Shown: piece by piece, positions 13,998 to 26,200 of the stretch | Position numbering within the stretch: position 1 is the first letter of the stretch | Layout: the number at the start of each line of letters is the position of its first letter | Source of the DNA: Takakia lepidozioides | Lineage: Eukaryota; Plantae; Bryophyta | Direction of reading: 5' to 3' | DNA: 64,000 nt | Assembly (NCBI GenBank): GCA_030704615.1 | Contig: CM060734.1 | Coordinates: forward strand, 35,526,001 to 35,590,000 | Notes under the pieces: model-generated | What the model saw: only the letters and a program-made list of their open reading frames with translations | Told to the model about the DNA's origin: nothing | The model's database searches: none | Translations under genes and position numbers: made by a program

Positions 13998-14393
13998 AAA
14001 ATGGTGTTCTACTTTTGTGTTGCTACCGACTACTTGACTAAGTGGGTAGAAGTCCGACATTTGCGTTCCAAGGCTAGTGATGTTGTAGCTCAGTTCTTTT
14101 TCTATGTTATCCTTATGCGGCATGGGTGTCCTTGTGAGATACTTACGGATTAGGGCAAGGAGTTTTGTAACCAGCTCGTCACGGTGGTGTGTTTCAATTT
14201 TGGTGTCAAGCATTCTACCACATCCCCATACCATCCCCAAACCAATGGCCTTACGGAACACTTCAACCAAACTCTTTGCCGAATGTTGGAGAAAAACGAC
14301 GAACTTACCAGGGAGTGGAATACCTTTATTCCCCCTATTTTCTTTGCTTATCGCACCGCCGTGCATGCTAGTACCAAGAAAACTCCTTTTGAA
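13998..14393 (+). mobile_element. Retroviral-type integrase core fragment (Gypsy/GIN-Ginger-like)
   Basis: YFCVATDYLTKWVEV...RHGCPCEILTD*GKEFCN...TSPYHPQTNGLTEHFNQTL...FAYRTAVHASTKKTPFE contains the D,D,E core, with one stop. Confidence 0.85.
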
Positions 14394-15139
14394 AGCGTGT
14401 CAAGTATTCTAACATGTTTTAGGTGGGACAGACCGTGTGTGTTCGGTTGCAGCATAGTAGGCATGCATGGGGCATGCATGCAAAACTAAGCTCAAGATCT
14501 ACGGTCCATACTTATCTATCAAATTTTACGTGGGCGACGTGCTCTCCTTCTTCCACAAAGGTCCAATACTGAAGTGCGGGATGAACCTGTTTCATTGACA
14601 GATTTGGTGCATTCTGAGTTGGTTTTTTATCTTACCTGTATCAATGTGGAGAGACACATAGTGGGGTGACGTCTTGATCTTCTGATCTACTTCATCTTAA
14701 TCCTCTTTTCTTCAGCGGCTTAGTCTTAGTTTGCGGATGGTGCTTTTTTATGGCCCTATGGCTTGACCTTTCTAGGACTTAAACCATTTGTAGTTTTCAT
14801 GATATATCACCATCTGTACTTCCTGCACTGTTTTCCTAGCCAAGAATTTTGTCCTCGGCCCAATTTGCAGGTGCCAGGTTTTCCTTTGGTAGGTTTTTCA
14901 CCCAGCAGTGCAGGGGTGATTATATCCCAATATTTACTTATTATTTATATTTTCACTTCACGGAGCTCAGGACTTTTCGCGGGGGGTAGGTTTCACAGAT
15001 GTGAAGGCCCATTCTTTCATAGCCTAGAAATCTCCTTATTCATCCAAAGTGGCGATACTTATCCATCGTATAATTTTTTCCGTTAAACCGTTGCAAGGAT
15101 ATTTCAGCTAGGGTTAGTTTAGGTTAGTGGCTGCATCCT

Positions 15140-18100
15140 GGAAACTGGCGCCTTGCGTAAAGAGAGTGCGATCCTTCCTAGGACTCGCCTCCTATTACCG
15201 GAAGTATGTGAGAAATTTCGCCAAGATCGTGGGGCCGCTACCTCCTGTGTAAATCCAAAGTCTGGGTATGGAACACCTTTTGTGGCCAAGCTTTTGCCGA
15301 GTTGAAGCAGCGGATGGCGGAAGCTCCAGTCCTCAAAATTCCAGAGTTCGACCGTCCATTTGAGATCCATACAGATGCGTCGGACTTCGTAATTGGGGGT
15401 GTACTCATGCAGGATGGACGTCCAGTGGCTTACAAAAGTAAGAAACTGAATGAAGTGGAGCGATGGTGGCCTACGCACGAGAAAGAAATGAAGGCAGTGG
15501 TGCATTGCCCTTAGCTTTGGCGCCACTATATTGGTTCCAACCCGGTGAAGGTGTTCACGGACAATGTCACGGTGAAGTATTTTGCCACGCAGCCTAAGTT
15601 GTCCCCAAAACAAATTAGGTGGCAAGACACTTTGGCACTATTCGATGTAGATATCCAGTACAAACCGGGACGGGATAATGTGGTGGCCGATGCTTTAAGT
15701 AGAAAGCAGCAGCTCATGATGGTGTACAGGGGCGAGACGGCGCTCCAAAGGAAGATCCGGAAGGCTTAAGGATGAGATAATGAAGTCTGTGATGCGGGAC
15801 TTGAGGATGGGGGTTAAATCGCAGTTCCACTTGCAAAATGGACTGCTCCGGTACGAGCAAAAGCGTCTCTATGTGCCGAAGGGATGGATCAGAGATAGTC
15901 TCTTAAGAGAATGCCATGATGGTCCGCTTGCGGGCCACGACGGAGCCAAGCGCACCGCGGCACTCTTGAAAAAAGAGTATTTATGGCCCAAACTGAGGGA
16001 GGAGGCCGAGGAGTATGTCAAGACATGCACCACATACCAACAAAACTGGAGCGAGTACAAAAAGCAAGCGGGGCTATTACAACCCTTGCCGATTCTAGAG
16101 GGGTCTTGGGAAAGTGTCTCGATGGATTTCATGACTGCTATGCCGCTGTCAAAAGGATTCGATGCAATCATGGTGGTGGTGGATAGGTTCAGTAAAATGG
16201 GCCATTTCATCCCCACCAAGGAGACGGCAACGGCACAGGAGACGGGGCGACTTTACTTCGCCCACGTCTTCAAGCATCATGGACTCCCGAAGGATATTGT
16301 CTCAGACCGCGATCCAAATTACGAGTAAATTTTGGAGGGCACTTTGGAGGAAGATGGGGACGTGAGCACCGCCTTCCGACCTACGACGGACGGCCAAACG
16401 GAAAGGGTGAATTCCGTGGTGAAGCAGATCTTGTGGAATTACGTGTCGGCAGACCAATCGGACTGGGTGGAGCACTTAGATGCGGCAGAGTTCTGTTATG
16501 ATAACACAAAACATTCCGCAACGGGAGTTTCCCCCTTCGTATTGGTTTATGGAAAAGCACCTCTGGTGCCAACAAGTTGGGCCGCCCAAGACGTTGAGGA
16601 ACCGGCAGCAGCGGCAATGCTGGAAGAACGCGAGCATTTGTTAAAGCTCGCAAAGTACAACATTGTCAAAACTAGGAAACGATATGAACGGCAGGCGAAT
16701 TAGAAGCGGAGGGAGGTTAAGTTTGAGGCAGGCACGGAGGTCTGGTTGAACATCAAGAATTTTCGACTACCTCCGGAAGTGAGTCCGAAGTTCGTACCTC
16801 CATATGCGGGACCCTTTCGCATCCGGAAGGTTATGAATGAGGATGTGTATGAATTGGAGTTACCGGCAAACAGCAAGGTGCATCCGGTATTCCACGTCTC
16901 CCTTTTGAAGCCTTACTTCAAAGATAAAGTGCGTCCGAATCGGCATCAAGTGTTGCGTCCGCCACCTGTGTTGTTGGATCATGAAAATGAACCCGAGTAC
17001 GAGGTGGAGGCAGTGCTTAAGTCGAAGAGGTTCAAGAATCGAGAAACGGGGTTGCAGCTTTCGAAGGGCGACCTCAAAAGTGAAAGAAGTGTTGATGGGG
17101 ACATCAACCTTGGAGTGTGGGGGAGGAAATGCATGCTTAGCCCGGCTTAGCTAGCTCAGGAATCCGATTGCAAAAACTTGTATTGTACAAATTTTGTTAT
17201 AAATGAAATGGTTTCCAAATGTTGTGCGTCCTATTTTGTTTGGAATGGTGATGCATGGTATGGTTGGCTAGTGTGTAGAATGCATGCTAGCTTACAAAAG
17301 TGGGAGAGGTAAATTGGGTTAATCGTGTGTTTGCGCAGTGCCAAAATCGGGTGACTCCCACCCAAGAGGCAAGGAAACTTGCGCATTCTTTTGGAGTTCA
17401 TGTGCTAGTGCGCACCTGGCGCGTACTATAACTCTGCTACCGAGAGGGTTGCCTTGTAGTGCGGGCTAAGCTACGTGCTTCCGTTCACGTACTATAATCG
17501 TGTAGCCTCGGGACGAAGTCGTAGTGCGACTTCGGCGTGTTCCCGTACCTCATGCCAGCATTCCAAGGCGGACCCAATTGTAGTAATTGGGGCGCACGGT
17601 TGGTTCAAGATTATCTTCTTAGTAAAAAAGGGTTCAAAGTGAACCCTTGCTCAAAGTGATGCCAAAAAAAGTGGCATCACGAGCGGTCGCAAACAAATGT
17701 TGTTGCAGTAAGGCGATTCGATCCTCGTGGAAGATCGTTCCTTGGCCTGATGTTTAAAAACATTGTGGTTCAAAGACAAACCTTTTTTTTTTCATTTTTG
17801 TCCCAAAAATTGTGTCACACGCCATTATTGCCTTGAGGGCAGGGGGTCGGGACGTAGAGGGGATGCCCTTGTGGTGGGGGCGGTGGCAGCAATAGGTACG
17901 GGGGCTGAAGCACCCTTGAGTGCCCAAGGCACTCAAGGAGGCGGAGGCGCTCACTAGGTGGAGCCCCGCACACCGGGTTGCGGTGGGGGTGGCTCCACAA
18001 GGGGTGGTGGTAGCTTAGTGGGACTTAGTGGGGGGTGGCATAGGACTCACCATGGGGCGGAGACTTGGTGGTGGGAGTCGTGGGGAGTCTTGGGACTCAC

Positions 18101-18540
18101 CACGGTTCATTGGGGCCGTGGTGGGTGGGCCAAGACTCACCGCGACTCATCACCAGGAATCGAGGGTCTTCGTGGTGGTTCGCCATAAAATGGCATGGTT
18201 GTTTGTGAAACCCCCGTGGACAGTCACAGAAGTATATATAGGGAGTAGTAACCCCGAGAACGGTGCAAGCCTGTTGGTGTCCAAAAACTAGTGAGTAAGC
18301 GAGCGAGCCGGAAAGCAACCAAAGAGTGGGGAGCTATTCCGGACTGCCATCTACTAAAGGGAATTTCCACTAGGCCCAAATTGGTGGAGGGTCTGTTGGG
18401 GGAAGAAATGGGGACCGTTATGTCCCGGTGAGCAGCCAAAGCTCCGAGTTGGCCCGGCGGCCAGGTTGGGAGTTAGGCGCGCACATCAAAGCGAGTAATT
18501 ATGACTTGAAGGGGAGCTTATCGAAGTGAGGTGCGCGACA
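15140..18540 (+). mobile_element. Truncated, deleted second copy of the chromovirus (RNase H-integrase, partial chromodomain, 3' UTR, LTR 17813-18540)
   Basis: Highly similar to 28631-33619. The protease/RT segment is deleted (junction joins the equivalents of ~28655 and ~29965), the chromodomain has an internal deletion, and the LTR ends GTGCGCGACA. Confidence 0.92.
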
Positions 18541-19017
18541 GGCGGTGTACTCGGGTGTGAGTGTACATATGAAATTGGTGTACAAGCAGTGGATGAGGGT
18601 TTCTTTGCGTCAGATCCTTGTGTTTGATCCTCCTCGCGCGCATCACTCGTCTTTCTTGCTTGCCCTTTTGTTGTGAAAGTTGCTTCTTGAGAGGAAATGA
18701 GTATATGCTTCAGGCTCGTTTTGAGGCTTCACAAGGGTCTTCATGGAACCACTCTTTCACGTTTTTGAGGGGCGATTCCTTCTTGGGGGCGATTGAGAGT
18801 GCCCATAAAACTTGGCTCTTACTTAGAGGTGTGGACGGGCGGCCGGGCTTGTGATGGCTAGTAGGAGTGAGGAGAATGACTGCCTGTGAGTAGGTATGAA
18901 TAGGTAAGGGAAATTATGACACATATCGTAGTACTTGAGCCATTGGATGACTATTATCAATGGGATGAACGTGGCCCAATTGTTAGAGAAGTTGGAGTAA
19001 TATCTGGTGTGAATTAA

Positions 19018-19648
19018 CCCTTAAGCGCCCACCAAGCCAATTTTGGGCTTTTGGTTTTGGTTTTTTTTTCCCCTTGGATACTTGGTAAAATCTGATGAAT
19101 TTTACATATGTTCATCTAGGGCACTGGAGGCACACATGTGTATGGTCTGATCTCGCCCGATCAAAGTTAGGGCTGAGAAAATTCCATACACTTCCGCGAG
19201 CTCTCTCCTCTCCTCGTCTCGCACTATGTGTCTCCCGCGGACAGGTGTATGGTTTGACCCCCCCCCTCCTTTGACCAAGTGTCAAGTGCTGGATTTTTAC
19301 CCAAATTCGTCGTTTTTCTCTTGGATGGATGCTGTATCCCATGGGGATGAAGTGGGAGCAGAATCAGCCAATTCCACTTTCATCCCGTCAGTCAAATACC
19401 TGGATATACGGTCAGTTTTTATTTTTCCCTTGAAAATCTCCCAAAAATGGGCCCCACCTTCAACGGTGGCATTTTGCCAGATTTGGGCCAAATGCCCTCA
19501 AAATTTTACAGCAGATGCAGGGGATAGTTGCGCACATAACGTGCAGTCAGTTTTTCAAAATTCACTTTGTTTTAAAAATGCTGGCGATTTTTCCACCTGG
19601 GGTCGGGTTTTTTCAAAAAGTCAAAGAAAGGAATTGGGCACTTAAGGG
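19018..19648. mobile_element. Non-autonomous piggyBac-type element (MITE)
   Basis: TTAA followed by CCCTTAAGCGCCC at the left end and GGGCACTTAAGGG at the right end (12/13 inverted match). The right TSD is degenerate (TGAC). Confidence 0.65.
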
Positions 19649-20003
19649 TGACATTTGTCTGATGTGGCAATTAAAGTTAAAATGCATTTGTTAGTACCAA
19701 CTTTGAACACAAATGGTAAAGAATGTTACACTACGAGAAAAGAGTAAAATTCATTTGTAATTTAAGCTAACACATGACAAAGCAAAGTCCTTTAGCTTAA
19801 TATTTACTATAAACTAATATGCTACTTAGTAGATGCCAAACCTTGCAAATCTTTGTGTATACAGGATACATTCCACCACCAATGGTCTCAATAAAATTAG
19901 CCCTACAGGCTACATGTAGGACTAGATGACAGCAGAACGACCTACATGTACTGCAAGTGGTCGTGCGAGCATTGCATGCTTGAGCAACTAGTAAAATAGT
20001 ATA

Positions 20004-20397
20004 CTGTAGAGGTCGCTCTATTCCGACTTTAAATTAATTCATTTTAAGAGAGAATGAATATTTTAAAAATTTGCCCTGATAAAACGAATGAGGGCAATAT
20101 TTTTTATTTTAAAAATTAAACTTTGAAAAAAAAAAAGTGGCAACTGCCGAATGCAAAACAATTACAATAGTGAATGCACAAACGTTCAAATTTGAGACTT
20201 ACTAATAAAAAATACTAACTACTACTAACTACTTATTAATGAAATTTAATGAAAAGTACCTTAGGTGCCGAATTCCAGAAAATCGGATGAAGCTTAGATG
20301 AAAAAATTAATATTGTCATTAAGCCTGCCGAACCTGGCAACCTGCATGTATTAAATGATTTCGACAAGGGTCCGTCGGAATAGAGCGGCCTCTACCG
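20004..20397. mobile_element. Tc1/mariner (pogo-like) MITE
   Basis: 24-bp TIRs CTGTAGAGGTCGCTCTATTCCGAC and GTCGGAATAGAGCGGCCTCTACCG (2 mismatches), TA on both sides, AT-rich interior. Confidence 0.8.
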
Positions 20398-20669
20398 TAG
20401 TTATGTATGCTATGATACAAAATTGTTCATAATTTCAAAACTTCTACTTTCTTGAGGGACAAAGAGTCTTTGAGTGTCTCGAATAAAATGACCTTTCCAT
20501 GTTGAATAGGAGGAGTGAACAAAGGTATTCTGATAGGGGCCCACAAAACTCGTCCACCTCTACGTGAATTGCATGTATTAATTTGCACCTCCATGGAAAG
20601 GCTAAATTTGTGGGGACGTCCTTTAGATAAATTTAATATCCTATTTAGACAAATGGGGTTTTTTTAAAC

Positions 20670-21555
20670 TGTAGTGACGGATAATTTCTTCACCTTTGTG
20701 CTATTGTTGCATGATTTGGCAGAGCTGGGTACTTGGGGTACGGCGCCAAGCGCAAGGCTAAATTGCAAGTGGATGAGATCGGTCAAGTGGTATCAGTTGG
20801 AGATGGAATTGCACGTGTTTATGGATCAAACAAAGATTCAGGCCAGGGAAATGGTTGAATTTGGGGCTTCCACGCCGCCAGCTCACTCTCAAGAAAAAGT
20901 ATAAGACTGACAATTTCAAGGAGACTTATGGTTCAAGATGCATGATGATATGGATGTGGCAGCTGTGCTATGGTGGGACAAGAAGGCGGTCTATCTTCTA
21001 TCCATTGCAACCAGACCTGTTGTTGGTCCGAACTCTCCTGTAACTGTTCGGAGTGACTCTTAGGAGGTTTGTGGGCAATGCTCGTGTACAAATTCCTTCT
21101 TCTCCAATGCACCTGCAATACCAATTTTTGATGCGCGTTGTGGATGTGCAGGATCAATTGAGAGGGGCTTATAGTGTGCAAACTAAAACACACAAGTGGT
21201 AGCATCACGTGTACTTTTTTTTGTTTGACACTAGCATGGTGAAATGTTGGATTTTCACATTCAGCCCACATGAGGGCGGTGGGGAAGACACATCTTACCC
21301 ACCTTAAGTTCAATTTAGCAATGACCACACAACTTACAGATAGATGGTGGTCTCCCTGGAGATGATCGCTAGCATCTACACTCCCCGCTAGTGGATCTGC
21401 ATTGCAAGCGAAGAAGGAGCCTGACACTGGAAAAACAAAAACAAAAGACAAAACAAAAACAAAATTGAAAAGAACGCACTCCGTGTTGGCTTTGTGACAC
21501 TTGCAAAGGCTCCTTGTCAAACTACCCCTCCTTCCCTGCTTCAAGGCACTGCAGT
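20670..21555 (+). pseudogene. piggyBac transposase relic (C-terminal half of the catalytic domain plus Cys-rich domain)
   Basis: VVTDNFFT..LLHDLAELGTWGT; KRK|GLP; AAVLWWDKKAVYLLS; PSSPMHLQYQFLMRVVDVQDQLRGAYSVQTKTHKW*HHVYFFLFDTSMVKCWI; LTHLKFNLAMTTQL; WLCDTCKGSL...PCFKALQ. This is the DDE_Tnp_1_7 motif order, with frameshifts and a stop. Confidence 0.88.
20758..20862 (+). other. atp1: NUMT: mitochondrial atp1 5' fragment
   Basis: Encodes [34 protein letters not shown], against the plant mitochondrial Atp1 sequence [34 protein letters not shown]. Confidence 0.9.
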
Positions 21556-22159
21556 GGGCCGTTGGTTTGCTCGTCGTGGCTGCTCCGTCGGGCTCTCTCT
21601 TCGAGTCTCTTCTCTCTCACACACAGTGCACAAGTTTAGGGTTCTCTCTCACACCCACACTCTTTCTCTCTCTCCCTGCGTTGCTCTCTCACATACACAC
21701 GTTGCTCTCTCTTACACATACACATGGTGTCCCTCTCTCTCTCTCCCAACGTTGACAGTCTAGTTGCAGAGCCTGAATCAGCTCGAGGTGGTAAACAAAA
21801 AAGAATCGGGGGGTATGCATCCTCCCCGTATGTAGTCTTTGGTGTCACGACCGTCGGATCAAACCTCTGATCCGACGGCTGTGGCAATGGGGATGGAATT
21901 CATTAATTTCATGGATGGATGGGCATGGAATAATCATCCATCCATCTATATTTTCATCCATCTCCCATGCAAATTAATCCATGATATGCCGGCGCCTTGA
22001 AAAATATTAATGACATTGATACCGTATTTACAACCTAGGGGGCGACGCTCCTGTCAGGGCTCGTGGGCTCCACATGTGGGATCCCCACGTGGGCTCCCTA
22101 CATCAACTCCAATTTATTTTATTAATCCTAAGTCCAAGGTTCGAACCAATGTTGTGCGG

Positions 22160-22372
22160 GTATATTGATTTCAATATACCCATAGGGTATAAGTAAGTTA
22201 TTTATGTCAAATCATTTACCCTCCGGGTATGGATAAATTGAAATCTCAAAAAATTATTTACCCTCCGGGTATGGGTAGATTAACTTTTCAGATTTCTATA
22301 TAACCCCCGGGAATGGATATATATGCCAAAATATACCCTAAGGTATGAATAGTTTCCGGGTATGGATAGTTA
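22160..22372. repeat. Array of about 6 spaced short palindromic units, TACCC-N3-GGGTAT(GG)
   Basis: ATACCCATAGGGTAT, TTACCCTCCGGGTATGG (twice), AACCCCCGGGAATGG, ATACCCTAAGGTATG, CCGGGTATGG. Confidence 0.6.
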
Positions 22373-22543
22373 TTTCTATTAATATATAATTTAATGGTTT
22401 TAAAGAATATATGATGTTTTTCAATATGTACAAAACACAAAAAAAACAATCTATGGCAAAAGAGAAAATTGATAAGATATTGAATAATATTTTGGTGTTA
22501 ATTTCCAATGCAAGATGGAGGAGGTTTGAGATTTAAAAAAAAA

Positions 22544-22776
22544 CACATCGGCTAGTAGCTCAGCTAGTAAGTGCACAATGTGTGTCACTCAGGTGGTTTG
22601 GGGTTCGAACCCGCTGCTCTGCCCCGTGTGGGATTGTTCGTGTGACGGTATGTCTGGGCGTTGATCATCCCGTAGGTCTCATGGCCCATAAATGAAAGGG
22701 GGTTAATCTTTCCCCCTCCTCAAGGGCCTGAATTGTGGGCTGTCGCTCCCATATTTTCTTAAATAAATAAATAAAT
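22544..22776 (+). mobile_element. tRNA-derived SINE related to the 7319 SINE
   Basis: A-box TAGCTCAGCTAG, B-box GGTTCGAACCC, (TAAA)n tail. The 3' block AAGGGCCTGAATTGTGGGCTGTCGCTCCCA is shared with 7512-7542. Confidence 0.8.
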
Positions 22777-23123
22777 GAAAACCCCTCAAGGGCTGTCAGG
22801 TTTCCTTTTATGTACATATAGATCTAAAGAGGTATTGTTTGGGTTATATGACATTTAAGGAATGATATATATGTGACATTTAAGGAATGATATATATGTA
22901 ACATTTGTTTTAGCTGTGATTGGAGCTTTCTTATAGCTCAAGACTCCCTAACAACACAACAAAAAGATAAAAGACCTCCATATTTGAACCTCCATATTCT
23001 TTGCATTCTTTTTGCATCCAGATATAAATATTGAATTGGGCACAAGTTTATCTTGCAAGATATAAAAATAAAAAGCTCCGGAGAGGATGGGATGTGGGTT
23101 CGAACCTGGAACCAATATCAATG

Positions 23124-23156
<33 letters not shown>

Positions 23157-23168
23157 CTAGTTAGTATT

Positions 23169-23209
<41 letters not shown>
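23124..23209. repeat. Inverted microsatellite (CTAA)6 ... (TTAG)7
   Basis: Read directly; the arms are reverse complements around a TA-rich centre. Confidence 0.85.
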
Positions 23210-26200
23210 GATTTTGGGAGAAGAAAGTGGGCCATCCAATCAGAGATGGTGGTGGGTCTCCCAAAATGGTGGCTGATCTTTCTTTTTTTGCTTTTTACAA
23301 TCCCAAGCACAAATCAAACGACAAAGGCCATGGTGGCAGGATGTGATCCCCAAACCAGTGGGGGACACAATGTGCACAATCCAACTGAGCTACTGGTTGT
23401 TGGTGGCGGATCTAGGGAGTATTTATAAGCTGAAGCTATGCATCATTTGGCCCATTATGAGGCTGGTAGGGATAGCTCTTGTGAGGGCCCCGCACTTGCC
23501 ATTATGGGGGATACTCAGATAGCTAACTGACCTTCTAACTCCGTCCCACACCCTTATCCACCATAATGACTTTGGTAGGACCTCTCCATCATCTGTTCTG
23601 AATTCCAATATGATGGGAAGCTAGCTCACTTGCAATCTCAACCGCACGATCGTGACTCTCCAAAATCTGACGGCTTCAATAGATCGATCCCCGTCGTAGT
23701 GTTTGCACCTCTCTTCAGTGACCACGTCCTAGCACACAATGCATCTGAGGTGTATAAATATGAGGCCTCACCTCATTCTCACTCTTTTCGTGCTTATTGC
23801 ACCTCATTAGTCATTTCCATGCTCTCGCTTGCTCTCTCCTTCCCCCCTCTCTATCTTGGTCATCTCCGCCTCTGGAGACGCCTTTCTCAATGACCGTCTT
23901 TCCATCTCATTTTCTGTATATATACTAGATCTTTATCCCATTGAAAGTCTTAACCATAAGTCCCAAATCATTCACCTATCCACATCCGCACTCATCACAC
24001 TTCACCAAAACATCCATTTTTTTATCCACTTTTTGATGTGCTTAGGTTGGTTCGGACCTTAGGCCGAAGTGTCGCACTGTTGCAAAATTTCTCTCAAATA
24101 TCCTTCATCTAGACTCATACATTTCATTGATTACAGAAACATCATCCATTCACTTCTCATCCATCCAGTCATAATTCATCCAATTATCATCCCTCATCCA
24201 TTACATTCTTTAACCTCATGAAGTCATGATCTGACTTTCATCCAATTTTTCCATTAATTTAACATTAGACTTCACAAGGTGGGACTTCGAAACAGGGTCC
24301 GAAATCAGTATCTGTGAGAGTTACATATCCTGACTCAATCTTGATATTATCTTGTGATGAAATTACAAACCATTTGTCCACAGTCGAGGAGTCTCTAAAT
24401 GAGGAGGCCCAGGTGAGATTCACAACTTGGCACAGAGATCATCAGTTGTCTATGAGTTAAATGTTTCATTGGGAATTCAAATCATGATTGGGTGATACAT
24501 TGGACCTAGGTCCGAAAGCATTGTTCATCAGTCCCTGTGACTATAGTTGCTCACAAATCCAAGAGTTTACTACATGAGGAGGCCCGGACGAGGTTCACAA
24601 TTTGGCATGGAGATCGTCTCATTGGGAAGTCAAATCTTGACTGGCTGATACTTAGGACCCAGGTCCGAATAGTGCTATTGCAAAGGCTCTAACCAAACTG
24701 ACTAAGGTAGACCAGGAGTAGCAGTGGGAAGATGAGCAAGAGCGAGTTTTTCAAGAGTTCAAGGCGAGGTTGATTTCGCTATCTTGAGACGACCTATCAG
24801 GGGGCGCCCCTTTTAGCTGCATACGGATTGGAGCATGTTGGGGCTTGGAGCGGTACTCACACATGTGGATGATGAGAGAAGAGAGTTCGTAATGGCTTAT
24901 GCTAGTCGCTCGAACAACGCTGCAGAGTCTAAGTATAGCTCATATGAGGGGGAGTGCTTAGCTGTAGTGTGGGCCGTGACACACTTCAGGTGCTATCTAT
25001 ACGGCAATCTCTTTACCCTTGTCACGGATCACCATCCACTCAAGTGGTTAATGGAGTCAGACAAACTTACGGGGAAGCTTGCACGGTGGGCACTTATACT
25101 CCAGGAATATGACTTTCAGGTTGTGCATCGACTGGGTTTGGTCAATAGGGATGGATGAATTGAGTCGCAATCCATGCACGAGCCAGCAGGATAACACTGG
25201 AGCTCGGTGGCATGGTGAGACGGACGAGGAGATGGTGCTGGGATGACATGCATCTGCCTTTTGTGTATCTTGGCATCGGGAGGTCGGGTTGGACCTACAA
25301 CAAGGATGACTATAGACGGAGTGTTTTAGGACCCTCAGGCTAGTGACGAGCTAGGTGGTGCCAGAATTATACATAAGGATTTGGTTGTGTTGAACTACCT
25401 CCGCACTGGAGACACAACAACTAGTGTGACTGCCAAGGAGAGGGATCAGATCCTGCAACGAGCCAAGAGGTTCAAGTGGGAGGGGATACACCTACTCCGA
25501 GTGTGGGAGGTTGGTCGGGTGAGGATCGTGCCTCACCCAACACAGCGTGTACGGTTAGTGCGACAAGCCCATGAGGACTGGGGGCATTTTGGAGTGCGAC
25601 GCACTCATACTTTACTGCAGGGGTAGAATTGGTGGCATGGTATGCACACAGAGGTGCAACAGTTCGTTGCTAAAGTGTATGGTATGTGACAGGGTGCATG
25701 CTTGATTCAACGCCCCTACACCACAATTGTATCATTTACCCATCATGGGATTGGGCTATAGGTGAAGTCTTGACTTCGCAGGGCCGTTGCCACTGACGAT
25801 GCGCCACTTCAGTAATGTGTTGGTGATGGTGGAGCACTTCTCCAAGTGGATTGAGTTGGTTCCGTTGCCTTACAAGGCTAGTGAGGGGGCTGCGTATGCA
25901 TTCTTGGATCGTGTGCTTAGCCGATTCGGTGCTCCAGCGGAGGTACTCATATATCAAGGGAGATAGTTCTTGGGGGAGTTTCAAGCTTTGTGTGATAAAG
26001 CCTTGATAGATCACCGCACCACTTCTCGGGATCATCCTGAGGTCGATGGCTTGGCAGAGAGAGAGTGGTTCAGACGGTGAAGAGGGGTTTGCGCAAGTAT
26101 GGCTTGCAGAAGGGACACCTATGAGATTGGGATCTTCAGGTACCTTGGTTAGCCATGAGCTACAGATTTAACAAGCAAGCATCACTTGTCTCATTCTCAC

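Noticed and set aside
20933-21544. 203-aa minus-strand ORF
   Set aside because: Antisense to the piggyBac transposase relic.
22160-22372. CRISPR-like array
   Set aside because: Units are short, degenerate and irregularly spaced in a eukaryotic context with no cas genes.
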